IMG/VR virus record: IMGVR_UViG_3300022200_000032
Location: 13,856 to 77,855 of that record
DNA length: 64,000 nucleotides
DNA from: a virus
Direction: 5' to 3' (one strand)
In this document: positions 57,985 to 64,000 of the stretch, one piece after another
Numbering within the stretch: position 1 is the stretch's first letter
Layout of the letters: each line of letters starts with the position of its first letter
Translations under genes and position numbers: made by a program
The notes under the pieces: model-generated
Database searches by the model: none
Told to the model about the DNA's origin: nothing
The model's input: the letters and a program-made list of their open reading frames with translations, nothing else

Positions 57985-58812
57985 TTATCCGAAAAAATTT
58001 GTCATATCCAGTGTAAATGGTTGTTTGTATTCATGACCGCAACTACGACACTTGATATCTAATGGTTTGAGTTCAGCTTCCTTTCTCAAGTTCATGATAT
58101 GATCTCGAATAGTATCAAATATACCTTTGTCACAGTTTCGCAAAAACTCATCAATATATTGTGGTTCACTAACATCCGCATCGGGTGTATGAATATAATG
58201 AATACCCTGCCGTACTGCTTTTAGTGTTAACTGACTTACTTTTTTGAATGCTTCGGCGACATGTGTTAATTTTTCTTCTTCAGTCATTTCTGAATCCTGA
58301 ATCAGACTCATTAATTTTTGTTCTTCAAACTGCACAATGCTGTTTCCGGTAAGTTGTTTATAACTTAATGGTTTGAAGTGAATTTCTAAATCACCAACTA
58401 ATCTGGGTTGATCAAACTTCGGCGTTTTAAATCCATCAAGTACTGTACGTAGGTCAAGCGCATAGGTAGATTCTTCGCTACATTTAGGACATGTGGTGTC
58501 AATATCCATTGAATGCCCGTAACTGGCAATTCTGATAGCGATTAAAATAGTATCAATGTCGATGTTGGGCATTGCCCAAGCATTTTTAATTGCAGGAATG
58601 CAGCTCTGAACGACATCAACCAATGCCTGACCGTTAAACAATGCATCTGGTGTACGATAGGTAATTTCATCAATGGCTGTCATAGGAAACACAGGAAGTT
58701 CTTTGTTGTCAGGCAGATCAATTGTACCCGGTGGCCAATATTTGCCGTCACTAGGTAGTTTGATGTAAATTGCTGGACGTCTAAAATATCCGGTCAAAGG
58801 GTTGTCAGCCAT
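57985..58812 (-). CDS. Baseplate hub assembly protein, T4 gp26-like
   Basis: IKLPSDG, PMTAIDE, ILIAIRIASYG, CPKC, C-terminal CRSCG...NFF. Confidence 0.8.
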   Translation of the reverse strand: MADNPLTGYFRRPAIYIKLPSDGKYWPPGTIDLPDNKELPVFPMTAIDEITYRTPDALFNGQALVDVVQSCIPAIKNAWAMPNIDIDTILIAIRIASYGHSMDIDTTCPKCSEESTYALDLRTVLDGFKTPKFDQPRLVGDLEIHFKPLSYKQLTGNSIVQFEEQKLMSLIQDSEMTEEEKLTHVAEAFKKVSQLTLKAVRQGIHYIHTPDADVSEPQYIDEFLRNCDKGIFDTIRDHIMNLRKEAELKPLDIKCRSCGHEYKQPFTLDMTNFFG

Positions 58813-58826
58813 ATATTTTCCTGTGA

Positions 58827-58849
58827 ATAAATATGTGTAAATTACTTAT
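58827..58849. promoter_or_regulatory. Face-to-face late promoters: ATAAATA (+, 58827-33) and ATAAGTA (-, 58843-49)
   Basis: Both lie in the 49-bp gap between the divergent gp26-like and tape-measure genes. Confidence 0.55.
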
Positions 58850-58861
58850 GGTTGAAAATAT

Positions 58862-61036
58862 ATGGCTGATGAAAATATCGATGATTTAAGCGAAAGTGCC
58901 CAGGAAGGTGCGTATTCTATTAGAGAATTTGTACGAGCAGTTTCTTCTGGTGCAAATATTTCTGAAGAAAAACTTAAAGCATTTGCACGTGCTAATGGAA
59001 TAGCAATTGATGCACTGCTAGGGTTTACTAACGCATACAAATCAGCAAAACAGACATTAGTAAACATAGGATCAATGGCTGGTGCTGTTGGCAAAGGTAA
59101 CACCAGCTTCAATGTACTAAACAGCACAATTACATCTCTTTCGAATGTAGTTGGTGAATTACTTGGAACAATTCCATTAGTTGGTGGAGCATTAAAAGGA
59201 TTAACACAAGCCGCAGGCCAAGCAACAAACTACATGCTTGATCAATACCAAACTGCATATGGTGCATTTGAACAGCTAAGTCAAGCTGGCGCAGCAGGTG
59301 CAGGAGGTATTGAAGATATTAGACGACAATTTAGCGAGCTAGGAATGCCAATTGAAGCAATGAGCGCAATTGTTACTAGAAATTCTCAAAGATTGGCAGG
59401 ATTAAGCGGAACCGTTCTCGATGCATCTAAGCAGTTCACATCAACTGCCGGTGCCATGAAAAAAGCTGACGAAGCAGGCAATCGATTAGATATGCAGTTG
59501 CGTGTGTTAGGATATAGTTCTGATGAAATTGCTGATACCATGATCCAATATGCAGATCTACAACGTCGGTTTGGCGCTCAGCAAACATTATCTAACGAAC
59601 AATTAGCAGCAGGAACACTGGCATACGGCAAAGAGCTTGACGCTATTGCTAAGTTAACTGGCATGAGTCGTAAGCAATTGCAAACTGAAATGGATCAGAT
59701 GATGCTTAACGAACGATTTGCTGCTAAGATTAGAGATATGCAATTAAACGGTCAAGAAGCAGCAGCAAAAGAATTGCAAGCAGCAGTATTAGCACAAACA
59801 GCAATGGGCAATAAACAAATGGCGTCTGCGATTATGGCGGCAGCTACAGGTTTCTATACAACACCAGAAGCACAAGCCGCTGCTGCAACTATTCCGGGTT
59901 TTGCTGAAAATGTTAGCGCACTTGCTGCTGGTTCTATGAAAATGAATCAATTCACACAAAACTTGCAAGATAGCGCAATCATTGCCGAACAACAATATCG
60001 TGGATTAGCGCAAGCAACTGGTAATAACACAATTGCTACCCGCATGTATAACGAGCAACTAAATTTAGCAACACGTGATGCTGGTAAAATTGGTGAAGCA
60101 ATTGATGGCGCATATAATGCTATTGATCAAGGTACACAATTTCCAGATGAAGCAACACAAAATTTAGCCGGCGCTAGAGCTGATTTAGAACAAGCAGCAT
60201 CAAACATCTCGTTATTAGCAACTGAATTTCAAACGGTTACTGCTGGCGTAAAAACATTTGCAGCCGCAATTAACGATGTAACACAATGGGTTTATGATAA
60301 TATTTCTAATGTTCCAGCAAACGTCCAAACACCTGGACAGAATGCAGTTGCAGTTGAACAGCGTGCTAAAATGGGTCAAGAGCTTGAATCCATTAGAAAA
60401 CAACTTGAAACTGAAACAGATCCAGAACGTATTGCTGAGTTAAACACACGGTTAGATGAGTTAAACAAGAGTATTACCCAATTAACTGCTGGTATGAATG
60501 AATATTATCAACGCACTCAGCCAACAGTAGGTGGTAAAGCAGCACGCCCAACACCGGGTAGTCTAGAGCCAATTATGCCCGGTACTCCTCTTTATGAATC
60601 TATTAAGTCTGGAGAACGCCAGGTTCCTGAAGGTATGTATTTGTTTGAACCTAAAAAACCAGAAGTTAAGACACCGACAGAACCAGAAGTTAAGACACCG
60701 ACAGAACCAGAAATTAAAGCACCTATTCCTGAGTTAACTGCTCCTACAACAAAACTTGGTCCCGCTGCACCAGCGACTCTAGAAACACAACAAAGTTTGG
60801 CTTATGGTGGTGTTGCGACAGGACCAAAATCAGGTTATCGTGCCACATTACACGGCACTGAGGCTGTTGTTCCACTTGAAGGTAATAAAATACCAGTAGA
60901 AATTAAAGATACTCGTGATATGAAACCTCAGATAGATTTGATGGAACGCCAAATTGCAAAACTTGATGCAGTAATTGACGCCATACAGAGACACACTGCT
61001 GTATCTGAAAAAATGTTCCGTGCGAACTATAGCTAA
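58862..61036 (+). CDS. Tape measure / gp29-like protein
   Basis: Ala/Gln-rich helical sequence, LAKLTG-type motif (IAKLTGMSRKQL), C-terminal GGVATGPKSGY...LHGTEAVVPL; next to the chaperone genes. Confidence 0.7.
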   Translation: MADENIDDLSESAQEGAYSIREFVRAVSSGANISEEKLKAFARANGIAIDALLGFTNAYKSAKQTLVNIGSMAGAVGKGNTSFNVLNSTITSLSNVVGELLGTIPLVGGALKGLTQAAGQATNYMLDQYQTAYGAFEQLSQAGAAGAGGIEDIRRQFSELGMPIEAMSAIVTRNSQRLAGLSGTVLDASKQFTSTAGAMKKADEAGNRLDMQLRVLGYSSDEIADTMIQYADLQRRFGAQQTLSNEQLAAGTLAYGKELDAIAKLTGMSRKQLQTEMDQMMLNERFAAKIRDMQLNGQEAAAKELQAAVLAQTAMGNKQMASAIMAAATGFYTTPEAQAAAATIPGFAENVSALAAGSMKMNQFTQNLQDSAIIAEQQYRGLAQATGNNTIATRMYNEQLNLATRDAGKIGEAIDGAYNAIDQGTQFPDEATQNLAGARADLEQAASNISLLATEFQTVTAGVKTFAAAINDVTQWVYDNISNVPANVQTPGQNAVAVEQRAKMGQELESIRKQLETETDPERIAELNTRLDELNKSITQLTAGMNEYYQRTQPTVGGKAARPTPGSLEPIMPGTPLYESIKSGERQVPEGMYLFEPKKPEVKTPTEPEVKTPTEPEIKAPIPELTAPTTKLGPAAPATLETQQSLAYGGVATGPKSGYRATLHGTEAVVPLEGNKIPVEIKDTRDMKPQIDLMERQIAKLDAVIDAIQRHTAVSEKMFRANYS
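60657..60712 (+). repeat. 24-bp tandem repeat AACCAGAAGTTAAGACACCGACAG (2 exact copies + partial third), encoding PEVKTPTE
   Basis: Exact duplication 60657-60680 / 60681-60704. Confidence 0.9.
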
Positions 61037-61044
61037 ATAGCGAT

Positions 61045-62769
61045 ATGTCTTACAAAAAACATTTCCGAGCAGCCGATACTTCTGGCAGATTTAGCCCAAT
61101 GGGCAATGGCAACATGGCGTCAAATAATTCGCCAAACTTTTCGTTTCGAAATTATGAAAGTGTATTGCCAGAAGTATATACAGGACATCCAAATCGTGTT
61201 GAGCGTTATAATCAATACGAAGCAATGGATATGGACTCGGAAATTAATGCTTGTTTGGATATTATTGCTGAATTCTGCACACAAGAAAATGAACAAAATG
61301 GTACAGCGTTTGAAATTAACTTTAACGAAAAACCAACCGAAAATGAAGTAAACATTATTAGACAGCAATTAAAACAATGGTCTAAATTAAATCAGTTTGA
61401 TCAAAGAATTTTTAAACTTTTTCGTAATACATTAAAATACGGCGATCAAGTATTCATTCGCGACCCAGAAACATTTGAACTATTCTGGGTTGAGCCAAGT
61501 AAAGTGGCACGTGTTATTGTAAATGAAAGCGAAGGTAAAAAGCCAGAACAATACGTTGTGCGCGATATTAATCCTAATTTTGAAAATTTAACAGTAGCAC
61601 AAAAATCCACAAACGATTTCCAACATACTATTCCAACTAGTGCTAATGGGCAGCAATACAATTATAATGCACCAGGCAGCACAGGTGCAGGTATTCAAGG
61701 ACGGTTTGAAACTGCAATGAACGAGTCTGCAATTGATGCTAAACATGTGGTTCATTTAAGTTTAACAGAAGGTTTAGATTACTTTTGGCCATTTGGACAA
61801 AGTATTTTAGAAAACATTTTCAAAGTATTCAAACAAAAAGAATTGTTAGAAGACGCAATTCTAATTTACCGCGTTCAACGTGCGCCAGAACGTCGTGTTT
61901 TCTATATTGACGTTGGTAACATGCCAAGTCACATGGCTATGAGTTTTGTTGAACGTGTTAAAAACGAAATCCATCAACGTCGCATTCCTACTAAAAACGG
62001 CGGCGCTAGTGCAATGGATGCTTCTTATAATCCACTAAGCATTAACGAAGATTACTTCTTCCCACAAACGGCAGAAGGACGTGGATCTAAAGTTGAAACA
62101 TTACCTGGCGGTGAAAATTTAGGCCAAATTGATGACTTAAAGTATTTTAATAACAAAATGGCACGTGGATTACGTGTACCAAGCAGTTATTTGCCAACTG
62201 GTCCAGATGATTCAGCAACACCATTATCAGACGGACGGGTAGGCACAGCACTAATTCAGGAATATCGTTTTAATCAATACTGCCAACGTTTGCAAAATAC
62301 ACTAGTCGCTACGTTAGATGACGAGTTTAAGATGTTTTTACGCTGGAGAGGATTTAATATTGACTCAGGCTTATTTGACTTAAAGTTCAACTCTCCACAA
62401 AACTTTGCTACATTCCGCCAAGCAGAAATGGATTCAGCACGTGTAGGAACATTCCAAGGTTTAGAACAACTACCATACATGAGCAAGCGTTTCTTGTTAG
62501 AACGTTTCTTAGGTTTAACTGAAGAAGAAATTGTTCGCAACGAAGAATTATGGAACGAAGAGCAAGGATCACAAGAAGATATGAGCCCGGAAGGTTCTGA
62601 TTTACGTTCTGTAGGCATTATGCCTGGTGGATTTGAGACAGATTTGGGCAATTTAGAAGGGATGGAAGCACCACCAGAAGGCGGTGAAGGTGTCGAAGTT
62701 GGTGCTGGGGAAGTCCCGCCAATGCCTAGCACAGGGCCAACAGGTGGAACACCGCCGCCCGGGGTATAA
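61045..62769 (+). CDS. Portal protein, T4 gp20-like
   Basis: LLEDAILIYRVQRAPERRVFYIDVGNMP, EDYFFP...GRGSKVETLPGG, LRVPSS. Confidence 0.95.
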   Translation: MSYKKHFRAADTSGRFSPMGNGNMASNNSPNFSFRNYESVLPEVYTGHPNRVERYNQYEAMDMDSEINACLDIIAEFCTQENEQNGTAFEINFNEKPTENEVNIIRQQLKQWSKLNQFDQRIFKLFRNTLKYGDQVFIRDPETFELFWVEPSKVARVIVNESEGKKPEQYVVRDINPNFENLTVAQKSTNDFQHTIPTSANGQQYNYNAPGSTGAGIQGRFETAMNESAIDAKHVVHLSLTEGLDYFWPFGQSILENIFKVFKQKELLEDAILIYRVQRAPERRVFYIDVGNMPSHMAMSFVERVKNEIHQRRIPTKNGGASAMDASYNPLSINEDYFFPQTAEGRGSKVETLPGGENLGQIDDLKYFNNKMARGLRVPSSYLPTGPDDSATPLSDGRVGTALIQEYRFNQYCQRLQNTLVATLDDEFKMFLRWRGFNIDSGLFDLKFNSPQNFATFRQAEMDSARVGTFQGLEQLPYMSKRFLLERFLGLTEEEIVRNEELWNEEQGSQEDMSPEGSDLRSVGIMPGGFETDLGNLEGMEAPPEGGEGVEVGAGEVPPMPSTGPTGGTPPPGV

Positions 62770-62772
62770 ATA
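62765..62772 (+). promoter_or_regulatory. T4 consensus late promoter TATAAATA
   Basis: Exact match 5 nt upstream of the ATG at 62778. Confidence 0.75.
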
Positions 62773-62777
62773 AAACT

Positions 62778-63005
62778 ATGCAACTTAACGAAATGTTTGA
62801 TCAAGCTGTCCCAGGATACCAAGACGTTCAAGATGACAACACTCAACTTGACGACGATGCTACACGTAAAACTCGTTTAACATTAAAGCAGATTAATAAA
62901 CTACGCCGTATGCTTGATTTGCGTAACGTAGAATATCGAGAAAAATTAAAAAAGATTCAAAAACAATACGCTGTATCTGCAGAAGCAATGCAGCCACCAA
63001 TGTAA
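62778..63005 (+). CDS. Small prohead-associated protein
   Basis: Between portal and scaffold; N-terminal L.E motif; RKTRLTLKQINKLR. Confidence 0.7.
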   Translation: MQLNEMFDQAVPGYQDVQDDNTQLDDDATRKTRLTLKQINKLRRMLDLRNVEYREKLKKIQKQYAVSAEAMQPPM

Positions 63006-63141
63006 GCAGAATTGACTATATCTAGTAGCAATTTCTGACTTTTTCGCCCTTTTTTGTTATTTTCAGTGTAATATACGCACATTTTTGTAAGTTATTGTAA
63101 ATACAATACACATAAAGCCATACTTTATTGGAGAACAAAAC

Positions 63142-63909
63142 ATGAACAAATTCGAGAAGCTAATTGAATACGTCATTAATGACGAAGATTCAAAAGCACA
63201 AGACCTATTCCACGAAATCGTGGTTGAGAAGTCTCGTGAAATTTACGAAAACCTAATGTCTGAAGAAGACATGGCAGAAGATGAAGTTGATGATCTAATC
63301 GACGATATCGAAGCTGACGAAGAAGGCGTTTCTGAAGCCGAAGACGACATGGAAATGGACGTTGAAATGGGCGACGAAGAAGGCGAACTAGAATTAGACG
63401 CTGACGACGAAGAAGGCGAAGAAGAAGATTTAGAAGACCGTGTTGTTGATCTAGAAGATCAAATGGAAGAATTAATGGCAGAGTTTGAAGCTCTAATGGC
63501 TGATGAAGCTGAAGAGCCAGAACATGCTGACATGTTCGGCGCTGAAGAAGGCGACATGGAAATGGAAGGCATGTTTGAATCTGAAGAAGAAGTTTCTGAA
63601 GATGAAGACGAAGATGCTGAAGCACTAGAAGAAGGCGTTGCTTTAAAAGCTGCTCCTGCTCCAGTTAAGAGCGAAGAAGGTGCTGTGAACAAAAAATCAA
63701 CTGTTGCTGCTAATGCAGGCGCCAAAGGTGCTGAAGCAAAACCAGCAATGAGTTCTGGTGACGAAAGCGGCCGTGCTGCTCCAACAGCTAAGGATTTAAT
63801 TGGTAAGGTTGGTAATACTCCAGCCCAATCAACTCAAAAGCCATCAGCTGCTCCTAAGGCTAAGACCAAAGGTGAAGAAGCTGGCACCAACGCTAAAAGC
63901 ACAGTATAA
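63142..63909 (+). CDS. Acidic prohead core / scaffolding protein
   Basis: E/D-rich; GGAG SD; GTAAATA at 63097-63103; between portal and protease. Confidence 0.7.
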   Translation: MNKFEKLIEYVINDEDSKAQDLFHEIVVEKSREIYENLMSEEDMAEDEVDDLIDDIEADEEGVSEAEDDMEMDVEMGDEEGELELDADDEEGEEEDLEDRVVDLEDQMEELMAEFEALMADEAEEPEHADMFGAEEGDMEMEGMFESEEEVSEDEDEDAEALEEGVALKAAPAPVKSEEGAVNKKSTVAANAGAKGAEAKPAMSSGDESGRAAPTAKDLIGKVGNTPAQSTQKPSAAPKAKTKGEEAGTNAKSTV

Positions 63910-63924
63910 GGACACTGATTAGGT

Positions 63925-64000
63925 ATGGCATACTTAAAAGAGAACTTAACCTTTGATGCTGCTAACATTATTGTTGAAAGCAGCGGAGAAGGCGACTCTA
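63925..64000 (+). CDS. 5' end of the probable prohead protease (gp21-like), truncated by the window edge
   Basis: MAYLKENLTFDAANIIVESSGEGDS; T4-like gene order portal-core-protease. Confidence 0.6.
   Translation, partial: MAYLKENLTFDAANIIVESSGEGDS

Noticed and set aside
62274-63725. Minus-strand ORFs of 190, 149 and 88 aa opposite portal and scaffold
   Set aside because: Low-complexity antisense frames of well-supported + strand genes.
1-64000. Alternative genetic code or stop-codon reassignment
   Set aside because: Standard-code ORFs tile the window at high density, including a 5047-aa ORF, and TAA, TGA and TAG all end genes.

Overview
This 64 kb window is part of a large, distantly T4-like myovirus genome; no tRNA, rRNA or CRISPR array was found. 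It has five parts. (1) 1-17.3 kb is a dense modification-enzyme island: two amidinotransferases, a NodU/CmcH carbamoyltransferase, a TylF-like methyltransferase, a short NDP-sugar dehydrogenase, five intact N-terminal-twitch radical SAM enzymes plus one degenerate paralog, three GT-A-like glycosyltransferases and an unannotated 33-aa PFIY peptide. (2) 17.5-49.7 kb (minus strand) is the tail/baseplate module, with a 5047-aa protein and gp6-, gp25-, gp5-, gp53- and gp48/54-like genes. (3) 49.8-55.8 kb holds the gp55 late sigma, gp47/gp46, a radical SAM-SDR fusion and a resolvase. (4) 55.8-56.5 kb is ORF-free: a highly structured ~450-nt RNA-like element followed by GNA-loop DNA hairpins, a candidate ncRNA and/or RNA-primed origin. 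(5) 56.5-64 kb has a three-gene module including an Arg-tRNA transferase-like gene, a gp26/gp51-like pair joined by a -1 slippery site, then tape measure, portal, scaffold and the start of the prohead protease. The best leads are the ornate RNA with its adjacent hairpins, the guanidino/carbamoyl/radical-SAM glycan-like pathway, the lambda G/GT-style frameshift, a palindrome at fixed spacing upstream of late promoters, and a multi-branch 5'-UTR RNA at 19.2-19.3 kb. All calls come from reading motifs by eye; no database searches were run.
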